DNA of 64,000 nt, from positions 10,654-74,653 of the forward strand of contig CAZZLQ010000002.1 in assembly GCA_964655245.1 (NCBI GenBank). The letters are read 5' to 3'. Position 1 is the stretch's first letter. Each line of letters starts with the position of its first letter. This stretch comes from an uncultured Bacteriovoracaceae bacterium. GTDB lineage: Bacteria; Bdellovibrionota; UBA2394. The notes under the pieces were generated by a model, which was not told where the DNA came from, did not search any database, and was given only the letters and a program-made list of their open reading frames with translations. Made by a program: the position numbers and the translations under genes. This document shows positions 19,281 to 29,837 of this stretch, in pieces.

Positions 19281-19661
19281 TCATTGCTTTTCCGTCAACT
19301 GACTATCTCGTCGAAAATAGCGCCGGCTCTCGACCAGGGCTGCCAAGACACCGGACACAATGATGAGAGACAAACCTAACGTAAAACCCAAGAGGTGGGG
19401 CTTTAGAAAAACTAAAATCCCGGCAATAATGGCCAAAAACATGGAGGATTTGATCATCAGTAAAAATGCGAAAACACTACTCTTTTTGACATTGAGCAGA
19501 GAAAACTGAACGGCCCAGGATGCCATCATGAGGTTAACGAAGCTCAGAATTCCTCCAACGGCAAACCACAGGCCCGCTTCGGATCCTCGCCACCAAAACA
19601 TCCCAATGGTTGACCCAATCAACAATACAAATGAGATCACTAACGTGATTTTAAGCTCCAT
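19281..19661 (-). CDS. atpI: ATP synthase protein I-like membrane protein
   Basis: 126 aa with four hydrophobic helices. Located immediately upstream of atpB, the usual atpI position. Confidence 0.6.
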   Translation of the reverse strand: MELKITLVISFVLLIGSTIGMFWWRGSEAGLWFAVGGILSFVNLMMASWAVQFSLLNVKKSSVFAFLLMIKSSMFLAIIAGILVFLKPHLLGFTLGLSLIIVSGVLAALVESRRYFRRDSQLTEKQ

Positions 19662-19863
19662 CTTTGCGTACGCTCCTCACCAGCTTCATAAGGAAAAAGA
19701 CTCCCGAGGCAAAGCCCAAAACAAGCCCAATCATCCCCAAAAGCGGCATGGTTCCCCACCTTTTGTCGAGCCAAAGCCCCGTTAAAAGCCCCGAGACCAC
19801 ACAAAACCCCAACTGAGAAGCCGCAAAAGCAAGCGCCAGGGTTTTACTTTGCATAGGCCTCAT
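19651..19863 (-). CDS. AtpZ/AtpR-like small membrane protein (putative F0F1 accessory protein)
   Basis: Only the last ~70 codons of ORF 19651..20145 lie outside hemL. MRPMQSKTLALAFAASQLGF..GLWLDKRWGT..GLVLGFASG has the two-helix AtpZ-like pattern. The ATG at 19863 or 19854 overlaps the hemL stop. Confidence 0.55.
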   Translation of the reverse strand: MRPMQSKTLALAFAASQLGFCVVSGLLTGLWLDKRWGTMPLLGMIGLVLGFASGVFFLMKLVRSVRKDGA

Positions 19864-21142
19864 CCAAAGCGCGGCAAGAGGCCTCGATAACTCTGCCCAT
19901 GACATCTGAATCATGGCGAGCTGAAAGGAAGCAGGCCTCAAACTGACTTGGTGGATAGTAAACGCCCTGATTAAGAAGGGACCAAAAGAACTTCTTAAAT
20001 CGTTCCAAATCACATTTTTTCGCATCCGAGAAATTCTTAGGCGCCTCGGCAGTAAAGAAAACAGTAAACATACTGCCCGCCCGCGCCACACAAACAGGAT
20101 AGGATCGAGACTCAATGTGAGCATTAAGGGCGTCCGCCCACTCATGGGAATGATAGTCGAGTCTCTGATAAAAATGCTTTCGGTCTTTCTCGATTAACTC
20201 GAGAGAGGCGAGTCCAGCTGCGGCACCCAGAGGGTTTCCTGAAAGTGTTCCGGCCTGATAAACAGGTCCCAGCGGCGCTATCATTTCCATAATCTCTCTG
20301 CGCCCTGCATAGGCTCCGACCGGAAGGCCGCCACCAATAATCTTTCCATAACATGTCAGATCGGGCGTGATTCCATAAATCTCTTGAGCTCCGCCCATGG
20401 CCAAGCGAAAACCCGTCATCACCTCATCAAAAATCAAAACGCTTTTGTATTGAGTACACAAACCTCTGAGAGAGTTGAGAAAATCAAACTCAGGCACAAC
20501 AACGCCCATATTACCACAAACAACTTCAAGCATAACGCCAGCGATCTTATCGCCAAACTTTTCGAAGGCTTCTTTGAGCGCGCTCGAGTTGTTGAAGGGA
20601 AGAACGATCGTGTTGGCGAGGGTGCTTCCCGGAATCCCTGCTGAATCTGGAGTTGACTGCGCCGTCAGTCCACTTCCCGCAGCAACCAAAAAGGAGTCAC
20701 CATGGCCGTGATAAGTTCCCTCAAACTTCACAATCACTTCGCGATTGGTAAAGCCGCGAGCAACTCGAATCGCCGACATGCATGCTTCTGTTCCCGAGTT
20801 CACCAGTCGAATCAAATCAGCAGAGGGCAGGAGCTCTTTCATCTTCTGTCCAAGTCGAATCTCCCTCTCGGACGTGATTCCGAAGGAAGTTCCATCTCGT
20901 GTTGCTGACTGAATGGCCGCCTCAATGGTGGGGTGCGAATGCCCGTGAATCAGCGCACCCCAAGATCCCACCAAATCAACAAGCTCATTTCCATCAGCAT
21001 CCACAATGAAGGGGCCCGAGCCCCGCACCGCGACAAAAGGCCTGCCGCCCACCGATCGAAATGAACGAACTGGGGAATTAACTCCTCCTGGAAAAACCTG
21101 GCGCGCCTGTGAAAACAAATCCTCAGATCTTGTTGATTTCAT
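19844..21142 (-). CDS. hemL: Glutamate-1-semialdehyde 2,1-aminomutase
   Basis: 432 aa. N-terminus FPGGVNSPVRSF, PLP-Lys region (YGKIIGGGLPVGAY) and GTLSGNPL are all present. Confidence 0.93.
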   Translation of the reverse strand: MKSTRSEDLFSQARQVFPGGVNSPVRSFRSVGGRPFVAVRGSGPFIVDADGNELVDLVGSWGALIHGHSHPTIEAAIQSATRDGTSFGITSEREIRLGQKMKELLPSADLIRLVNSGTEACMSAIRVARGFTNREVIVKFEGTYHGHGDSFLVAAGSGLTAQSTPDSAGIPGSTLANTIVLPFNNSSALKEAFEKFGDKIAGVMLEVVCGNMGVVVPEFDFLNSLRGLCTQYKSVLIFDEVMTGFRLAMGGAQEIYGITPDLTCYGKIIGGGLPVGAYAGRREIMEMIAPLGPVYQAGTLSGNPLGAAAGLASLELIEKDRKHFYQRLDYHSHEWADALNAHIESRSYPVCVARAGSMFTVFFTAEAPKNFSDAKKCDLERFKKFFWSLLNQGVYYPPSQFEACFLSARHDSDVMGRVIEASCRALDEAYAK

Positions 21143-21957
21143 CGAGAAGCCTTTTCCTTCTGTCTCTTGCGGATATTTTTAAGCAAATATTCCGCTCGAT
21201 AGTTTTCGGGGTTTTCATTCAAAATCTCCTGGATCAAAGAAACAGCCTTTTCGCTTTCTCCTCGAATCTCATAACAGTGCGCCATCTCTACTCGTACAGA
21301 AAATAAATCGGGCTTACACTGAGCCGGAAGCTGAGCTGCGCCCCACTCAAGAGTCTTCGTACAGTTCTTGGCGAGAGAAAACGTCTGCATCATATCAAGC
21401 TGAGCCTCGCGCAATCTTTTGCAATCGCTAGCCGACTGCGCCCCTTCCCAAAAATGTTTAAATGAAGCCTCGGCCTGAGCATAGTCTCTTAGTTCTAGAT
21501 AGACTCGCCCCACCTCCTGCCAAGACTGCTGCGGAATTCGCCCACCCTCAATCATCGGCTTAAGAAACTCCAACGACTTTTCCGGATCCTGAAGATGTAC
21601 TCGAGACACAAATGCCGCTTTGAGGCGGAGCTCGTCTGTCGATTTTTGAAAAAAGAGAGAGTCGTTGAACTCTGAAATAGCCATCTCAGCGGCCTTCATT
21701 CCTTCGCGATAATCAAACAGCTGATTGAAACAAAGATCAGCCAACCCCTTTAATGAATCAAAACGAAGCTGATCTTTGTAAGAATTTTTCTCGATGGCCT
21801 GGAGGTAGAAGTACCGCGCCAATTGGCCTCGCTGATTCGCCGCCTCAGACTCCGCCCTCTCAAACAAAGATCGAGCACCGCCCTGACATGCGGAAAAAAA
21901 GAGACCAAAAAGAAGGGCGGCTCTAAGCCTTCCCTTCTGTTGCAACCTCATCTTCAT
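21139..21957 (-). CDS. TPR-like lipoprotein, function unknown
   Basis: Signal peptide with lipobox (LFFSAC). Helical repeat composition. Overlaps hemL by 4 nt (ATGA) and the gyrA 3' end by about 30 nt. Confidence 0.6.
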   Translation of the reverse strand: MKMRLQQKGRLRAALLFGLFFSACQGGARSLFERAESEAANQRGQLARYFYLQAIEKNSYKDQLRFDSLKGLADLCFNQLFDYREGMKAAEMAISEFNDSLFFQKSTDELRLKAAFVSRVHLQDPEKSLEFLKPMIEGGRIPQQSWQEVGRVYLELRDYAQAEASFKHFWEGAQSASDCKRLREAQLDMMQTFSLAKNCTKTLEWGAAQLPAQCKPDLFSVRVEMAHCYEIRGESEKAVSLIQEILNENPENYRAEYLLKNIRKRQKEKASR

Positions 21958-24373
21958 CTGACACCACCCGAGTCACTGAGGTCACCCGTTCTCCTTCATC
22001 AAGCGCGATCAATCTCATGCCCTGGGTATTTCGACCAATGACAGAGATTTCCTTCACCTTAATCCGAATCAATTTGCCGCCACTTGTGACAATCATCACC
22101 TCATCGGCCTCACAAACCTGAAGGGCCGCTACAACGGCTCCATTTCTATCCGACGTTTTGATTGTGATAATACCTTTTCCGCCTCGGCTTTGAGATCGAT
22201 ACTCCTCAGCGTCAGTGCGCTTGCCGTATCCAAACTCACTCACGGTCAATAGCTGTGCTTTTGGATCTATCAAATCCAAGCCAACGACTTTGTCTTTTTC
22301 CTCGAGGTCAATTCCTCGGACACCGCGCGCTGCGCGTCCCATCGGACGAACATCGTCCTCTGCAAAACGAATGCTCATTCCATCTTTTGTCGAAATGAGG
22401 ATTTCGTCTTTTCCGTTACTTAATGATGTGCCGATCAATCGGTCTCCACCATCAAAGTGAATGGCAATGATTCCTGATGCGCGAGGATTAGAGAACTGCA
22501 TCAAGTCTGTCTTCTTGATGATTCCTAGCTCGGTCACCATCACAACAAATCGACCTTCCTCGAATTTTCGTACCGGCAAAATTCCGCAAACCTTCTCATC
22601 TGGTGCAAGTCGAACCAAATTGACGAGAGGACGTCCTTTTGCGGTTCGAGAGGCTAGAGGAATCTCGTAAACCTTCAGCCAAAACATTCGGCCCTTATCG
22701 GTGAAGATCAAAAGATAAGAATGTGTAGAGGCAACAAAGATCTTCTCCACAAAATCTTCTTCCCTTGTCGTCATTCCAATCTTACCTGTACCGCCTCGTC
22801 GCTGAGCCCGATAAGTCCCAGATGGAGCTCGTTTGATGTAACCTTCATGCGAAATAGTGACGACCATTTCCTCTTCGGGAATAAGCTCCTCAGTCGCAAT
22901 CTTGGTCACTGGCGCAACAATCTTACTTCGTCGTTCATCGCCAAACTGATCGCGAATCGCGACACACTCGGAACGAATAATCGCAAACAACTTCTTCTCC
23001 GATGCCAAAAGCTCCTTTAGCTCAGCGATTCGAGCTCTAAGGCCCTTCAGCTCCTCAAGAATCTTAGAGCGCTCAAGACCAGTGAGCCTTTGAAGTCTCA
23101 TCTCGAGAATGGCGTTGGCTTGTTCAACAGTGAACTTGAATTTGGCTACGAGTCCCTCGCGCGCCTCTTCGCCAGTCTGGCTCTTTCGAATGAGAGCAAT
23201 AACAGCGTCAATTTGATCGAGTGCCTTTTCATAGCCTTCAAGAATGTGTGCCCGCGTCTGTGCTTTTTTCAGCTCATAAACAGATCGACGAATGACGATC
23301 TCTTTTCGATGTCCGATGAAGGACTGCACGATTTCCTTCAAGTTAAAAATCTTGGGGCGCTTATTTTGGATCGCTAAAAACGTAATCCCAAACGAATCCT
23401 GCATTTGAGTTTTGTCATAAAGCTGATTCAAAACGATGTCGGCTGCAGCGTCTCTCTTAAGCTCGATGATGATTCGAATACCTTCTCGGTTACTCTCATC
23501 TCGAATATCTGAGATCCCATCGATCTTTTTATCACGAACGGACTCGGCAATCTGCTCCACCAGCCGGGCCTTGCTCAGCTGATACGGAATCTCTGTAACA
23601 ACAATTCGATTGCGGTTCTTCTCCTCTTCAATCTTAGCGACCGCTCGCATGATGAGGCTTCCCCGCCCCGTTCGATATGCCTGAACAATTCCATCGGTTC
23701 CGCAGATCTGAGCTCCTGTTGGAAAATCCGGCGCGGGAACCATTTGAATAAGCTCATCGATTGAAATCGAGGGATTGTCGATTGTTGCAACAACGGCGTT
23801 CATCACTTCAGTCAGATTATGAGGCGGAACGCTGGTGGCCATACCAACAGCAATCCCTGTTGTGCCGTTAATCAAAAAACTCGGAATGGTTGTTGGAAGC
23901 ACGACGGGCTCTTCAGTGGAGCCGTCATAGTTAGGAACAAACTCAACAGTTTCCTGTCCAATCTCATTCAGAAACTCTTCCGCGATCTTACTCAGCCGAG
24001 CTTCTGTATATCGGTAGGCGGCTGCATTATCACCGTCGATGGAACCGAAGTTTCCTTGGCCTTCGACCAGCATATATCGCATGTTCCAATCCTGGGCCAA
24101 GCGAACCATGGCATCATAGACTGCCATATCACCATGAGGGTGATATTTCTTAAGCACTTCACCGACAACCCCGGCTGACTTCGAAAATCTCTTTGAAGAT
24201 AAGAGATCTTCTTTAAACATCGCATATAGAATCCGACGATGGACGGGCTTCAATCCGTCACGGATATCGGGAATCGCCCTGCCAATGATTACGCTCATCG
24301 CATAATCGAGGTAGGAGTTCTTCATTTCATCTTCAATGGTGACTGGCTTAATGCCTGGGACAAGATCACTCAT
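21923..24373 (-). CDS. gyrA: DNA gyrase subunit A
   Basis: 816 aa. N-terminus SYLDYAMSVIIGRAIPDIRDGLKPVHRRILY, active-site region AAAYRYTEARL, and a C-terminal beta-pinwheel. Confidence 0.97.
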   Translation of the reverse strand: MSDLVPGIKPVTIEDEMKNSYLDYAMSVIIGRAIPDIRDGLKPVHRRILYAMFKEDLLSSKRFSKSAGVVGEVLKKYHPHGDMAVYDAMVRLAQDWNMRYMLVEGQGNFGSIDGDNAAAYRYTEARLSKIAEEFLNEIGQETVEFVPNYDGSTEEPVVLPTTIPSFLINGTTGIAVGMATSVPPHNLTEVMNAVVATIDNPSISIDELIQMVPAPDFPTGAQICGTDGIVQAYRTGRGSLIMRAVAKIEEEKNRNRIVVTEIPYQLSKARLVEQIAESVRDKKIDGISDIRDESNREGIRIIIELKRDAAADIVLNQLYDKTQMQDSFGITFLAIQNKRPKIFNLKEIVQSFIGHRKEIVIRRSVYELKKAQTRAHILEGYEKALDQIDAVIALIRKSQTGEEAREGLVAKFKFTVEQANAILEMRLQRLTGLERSKILEELKGLRARIAELKELLASEKKLFAIIRSECVAIRDQFGDERRSKIVAPVTKIATEELIPEEEMVVTISHEGYIKRAPSGTYRAQRRGGTGKIGMTTREEDFVEKIFVASTHSYLLIFTDKGRMFWLKVYEIPLASRTAKGRPLVNLVRLAPDEKVCGILPVRKFEEGRFVVMVTELGIIKKTDLMQFSNPRASGIIAIHFDGGDRLIGTSLSNGKDEILISTKDGMSIRFAEDDVRPMGRAARGVRGIDLEEKDKVVGLDLIDPKAQLLTVSEFGYGKRTDAEEYRSQSRGGKGIITIKTSDRNGAVVAALQVCEADEVMIVTSGGKLIRIKVKEISVIGRNTQGMRLIALDEGERVTSVTRVVSDEDEVATEGKA

Positions 24374-24375
24374 AA

Positions 24376-26793
<2,418 letters not shown>

Positions 26794-26809
26794 CTATCGA
26801 TCTTGGGGG

Positions 26810-27952
26810 TTATGGGCAAGCCTCCAGATGGGGCGAATCGATGGTTTTTTCCGCTAAATCAATCACTTTAAAACCCTGAAACTGAGAGTGAAGAGCCTTC
26901 ACTTTGCTGATCTCAGCGGTCGTTACAAACAACTGTCCTGGATAGTTCGAAAGATAGGTCACCAGAGCTTGAACCCGAGCATCGTCCAACTCAGAAATGA
27001 TGTCATCCAAGAGCAAGATCGGGGTAAACGTTCGGAACTTTTTGGTCAGCTCGAGCTGTGCCACTTTGAGAGCAATCACAAGCCCCCTGATCTGTCCTTG
27101 GCTGCCGTATGTTCGAGCCTCCATATCCTGAATGAAAAAGCTCATATCGTCTTTGTGTGGACCTACCAGACTGTGTCCTGAAGCTATCTCTGCCTCAGCG
27201 TACCGATTCAGTTTATCCACAAGTAGCCTTTCGATTTCCTGTGCATCGAGACCTCGCGGAGAGCCTTCCAGCCGGTGTTCATACTGCGTTCTGACGAACT
27301 CCCGGACACCAAACAGACTTTGATAGATCGACCCTAAGGACTCATTGAGAATATCAATCGTATCCGCCCTCTCGCGATAAATCGGAACTGCTGATTCAAT
27401 CAATCCCTCAGTCCAGGGCACGAGCGAATCAAGAGGGGCTTTTCTATCCTTTAGCATCTTGAGGAGCAAATTTCGCTGCTTCAAAATCTTCTCGTACTTT
27501 TTAAGAACCAAAGCAAAAGAAGGATTGAGTGAAACACACAGCTCATTCAAAAAGTCTCTGCGCGCCTCTGGCCCTGATTTAATCAAGGACAGATCATCCG
27601 GGGAAAATGTCACACTCCCCCCGATCAATGGATATCGTGCTTTGGAGGTGACTGCCTTTCCATCAATCTCGAGTCGCTTTCGGCTATCTTCCATGGAAAT
27701 CAAGACTCGAGAAGCTGTCGGTTTTTCGAGCTCGGCTGCCACTGACGCTTGAGAAAATGAATTCTGAACCAGTTCGTTTGATCGAGCAGACCGAAAGCTC
27801 TTAAGCTGAGTTAACAGACTGAGTGCTTCTAGAATTGAGGTCTTACCCACTGCATTAGGACCAACGACAACATTCAATTGAGGATGAAAATCACGAATAG
27901 AAAAATAAGAAAACTTTCTAAACTGAATCAGTTTGAGAGAAGAGACACGAAT
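26810..27952 (-). CDS. recF: DNA replication/repair protein RecF, apparently initiated at ATT
   Basis: Walker A GPNAVGKTS, signature-region residues and a Walker B (LLLDDI) are present. The conserved RecF N-terminal strand (RVSSLKLIQFRKFSYFSIRDF) lies upstream of the ORF-track TTG at 27877. The upstream frame is closed by TAG at 27965..27967. The only near-cognate codons between are ATT (27950..27952, 6 nt after AAGGAG) and a CTG. Confidence 0.85.
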   Translation of the reverse strand: MRVSSLKLIQFRKFSYFSIRDFHPQLNVVVGPNAVGKTSILEALSLLTQLKSFRSARSNELVQNSFSQASVAAELEKPTASRVLISMEDSRKRLEIDGKAVTSKARYPLIGGSVTFSPDDLSLIKSGPEARRDFLNELCVSLNPSFALVLKKYEKILKQRNLLLKMLKDRKAPLDSLVPWTEGLIESAVPIYRERADTIDILNESLGSIYQSLFGVREFVRTQYEHRLEGSPRGLDAQEIERLLVDKLNRYAEAEIASGHSLVGPHKDDMSFFIQDMEARTYGSQGQIRGLVIALKVAQLELTKKFRTFTPILLLDDIISELDDARVQALVTYLSNYPGQLFVTTAEISKVKALHSQFQGFKVIDLAEKTIDSPHLEACP

Positions 27953-27971
27953 AAAAGTCTCCTTCTAAATC

Positions 27972-29135
27972 CTAGTAGGTAGCTTCATTACCAAGCTGCA
28001 TCGGCATGACAATATTGAGAGATCCGTCGAATTCCTTCCCTCGAATCAAACTCGGTGACAATACATCACTCAACTCGAGAACGACCTCATCTTGCTGTTG
28101 AAGCGCATTCAAAACATCCATGAAATATCCAGCATTAAAACCGATATCCAGTTGATCTCCGCCGTAGTCGATTTCGACATCTTCGCGCGCTTCTCCAAGC
28201 TTGGGATTACTTGAAGAAAGTCTGAGTTTATCTTTTTCAAAGGTAAACTTCACTGACCGTGAATGCTCTGCAGTGAGGATAGAAATTCGCTTCAATGAAT
28301 TGAGGAGCTGGTCTCTATTGACCACAATTCGACGGTCATTATTCTTCGGAATAACCGGCGTGTAATCAGGAAACTCTCCATCAAGAAGTCTCATAAACAA
28401 CATCGTTTGTTTATCTTCGTTCCAGAAAACAACATTGTTCTCGATGAAACAGCATCCGATTTTTTCACAATCCGACAAAACTCTCTTTAACTCTGAGAGA
28501 CCTTTTCGAGGAAGAATGACACCTTTCTCGAGATTAATCTTTTCAAGGCCTTTAATCTCCTGGTCCATCATTGATAGACGATGCCCATCCGTTGCTACCA
28601 TTCGCAGATGAACTTTCCCATTCGACTTCACTTGTTCAAAGAAAACACCGCTTAAATCATATCGAGTTTGGTCATTTGAAACCGCGAAAATGGTGTGATC
28701 AATCATTTGAACCAGACCGGACTTCGGCAAGTAAAATGACTTATCAGAGCTCGCCTGAGGTAACTGAGGAAACTCATCTGAATCCTGACCAACCAATTTA
28801 AATAAACTTTTTCCAGCAGTTAACTCGACCCAGAAATTCTCAAACACCTTCCACTTCACCATGGTGCCTGCTGGGAGTTCTTTCACGATCTCATACAGAC
28901 TCTTCGCCGGAATAGTGATTCGGCACTGCTGAGAGACCTGTGCTGGATAGTCTGTTCGAATACCCACTTCCAAATCAGTGGCTGAAAAAACAATCTTATC
29001 GTCGTGAGCCTCTAACAATATGTGACTCAGAATCGGAATCGTATTTTTTCGATCAACGATCGATTGAACACGCTGAAGTGCTTTTAAAAGTACTTCCTGA
29101 TCAACTTCAAATGCACCGATCTGCTTGTTAGTCAT
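27972..29135 (-). CDS. dnaN: DNA polymerase III beta sliding clamp
   Basis: Three-domain clamp length. N-terminus LLKALQRVQSIVDRKNTIPILSHILLEA. Position follows dnaA. Start placed at ATG 29135; the ORF-track TTG at 29213 adds an atypical 26 aa. Confidence 0.93.
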   Translation of the reverse strand: MTNKQIGAFEVDQEVLLKALQRVQSIVDRKNTIPILSHILLEAHDDKIVFSATDLEVGIRTDYPAQVSQQCRITIPAKSLYEIVKELPAGTMVKWKVFENFWVELTAGKSLFKLVGQDSDEFPQLPQASSDKSFYLPKSGLVQMIDHTIFAVSNDQTRYDLSGVFFEQVKSNGKVHLRMVATDGHRLSMMDQEIKGLEKINLEKGVILPRKGLSELKRVLSDCEKIGCCFIENNVVFWNEDKQTMLFMRLLDGEFPDYTPVIPKNNDRRIVVNRDQLLNSLKRISILTAEHSRSVKFTFEKDKLRLSSSNPKLGEAREDVEIDYGGDQLDIGFNAGYFMDVLNALQQQDEVVLELSDVLSPSLIRGKEFDGSLNIVMPMQLGNEATY

Positions 29136-29259
29136 AAAATCCCTAAACCAGGGGCTAGCTAAAGCTCCTTCGATTTCTTTGTAAACGCCTTTTTTCAGTC
29201 GAAAGTTGAACAATCTTCATTGAAAAAAATTGAAAAGATGGCATTTTAGGAGCTCCTAA

Positions 29260-29335
29260 GGGCCTGTAGCTCAGCTGGGAGAGCGCCACAATGGCATTGT
29301 GGAGGTCATCGGTTCGATCCCGATCAGGTCCACCA
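29260..29335 (+). tRNA. tRNA-Ala (anticodon GGC), CCA encoded
   Basis: Hand-folded cloverleaf. Acceptor GGGCCTG/CAGGTCC carries the G3:U70 Ala identity pair. D stem GCTC/GAGC. Anticodon stem CCACA/TGTGG with loop AT-GGC-AT. T arm ATCGG-TTCGATC-CCGAT. Discriminator A followed by CCA. Confidence 0.93.
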
Positions 29336-29837
29336 CTTTATCAACAGCCACTACTTCTAAAATTTAAAAAAACCTTCCTCCTTCGTCGTAGTAGGCGCCA
29401 CTTTTCTGTTCATAAGATGTAAATATATGAAATTATTAGTTTTTTGTGAGGCCCCCCATGTTGATAGATCGTGTGTAGTTTCATGAGAAGGATGGTTCAT
29501 CCACAGGTAGCCTTGTCCATAAACAGCGATGAACAATGAATACACACCCCTCTGTTGAAATGTCTGGAGCTATCAACAAGAAGATTTTCGCGGCAGCAAT
29601 CTTATGTCGATTAAATAAACAAAGTTTGAAGTCTTATGTAAAAACCTGTGCATAACTTTTCGTCAAATTAAAAAAAATCAATAATATCAAGTGCATATAA
29701 CTTGAAAAGCCTGTGCATAAACCTGTGCATAAACCTGTTGATGGAGTTGTGTATAAATGCAGTGCGGCACAGAATGAGGAGTTAGAAACACTTTGTGCAC
29801 AGGTCATTGAACAGCGCGTCAAACGAGAACTTAATAT
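29336..29837. other. Candidate chromosomal replication origin (oriC) in the dnaA-dnaN spacer
   Basis: A 502-nt non-coding gap containing at least 10 DnaA-box-like 9-mers and two AT-rich tracts (29419..29446 and 29664..29690). It is flanked by dnaA and dnaN. Confidence 0.75.
29645..29756 (-). promoter_or_regulatory. Array of four same-orientation consensus DnaA boxes (TTATNCACA)
   Basis: Plus-strand TGTGCATAA at 29647, 29712 and 29724, and TGTGTATAA at 29748. Three sit inside CCTGTGCATAA. Copies 2 and 3 are a direct 12-nt tandem, followed by a degenerate third unit CCTGTTGATGG. Confidence 0.75.

Noticed and set aside
19864-20145. Upstream part of ORF 19651..20145 (164 aa).
   Set aside because: It is an out-of-frame shadow within hemL. 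Only the last ~70 codons, downstream of the hemL stop region, look like a real membrane protein.
27531-27546. Additional parS candidates: GTGAAACA half-site in recF (27531..27546), TGTTCCAC half-site near 13323 and ACGTGGAAC near 49796.
   Set aside because: Only one arm of the 16-bp palindrome matches in each case, and the other arm is unrelated.
29357-29822. Two ~62-aa minus-strand ORFs (29357..29545 and 29634..29822) in the dnaA-dnaN spacer.
   Set aside because: They span the DnaA boxes and AT-rich tracts, have no ribosome-binding site and have odd composition. The region is better explained as oriC.
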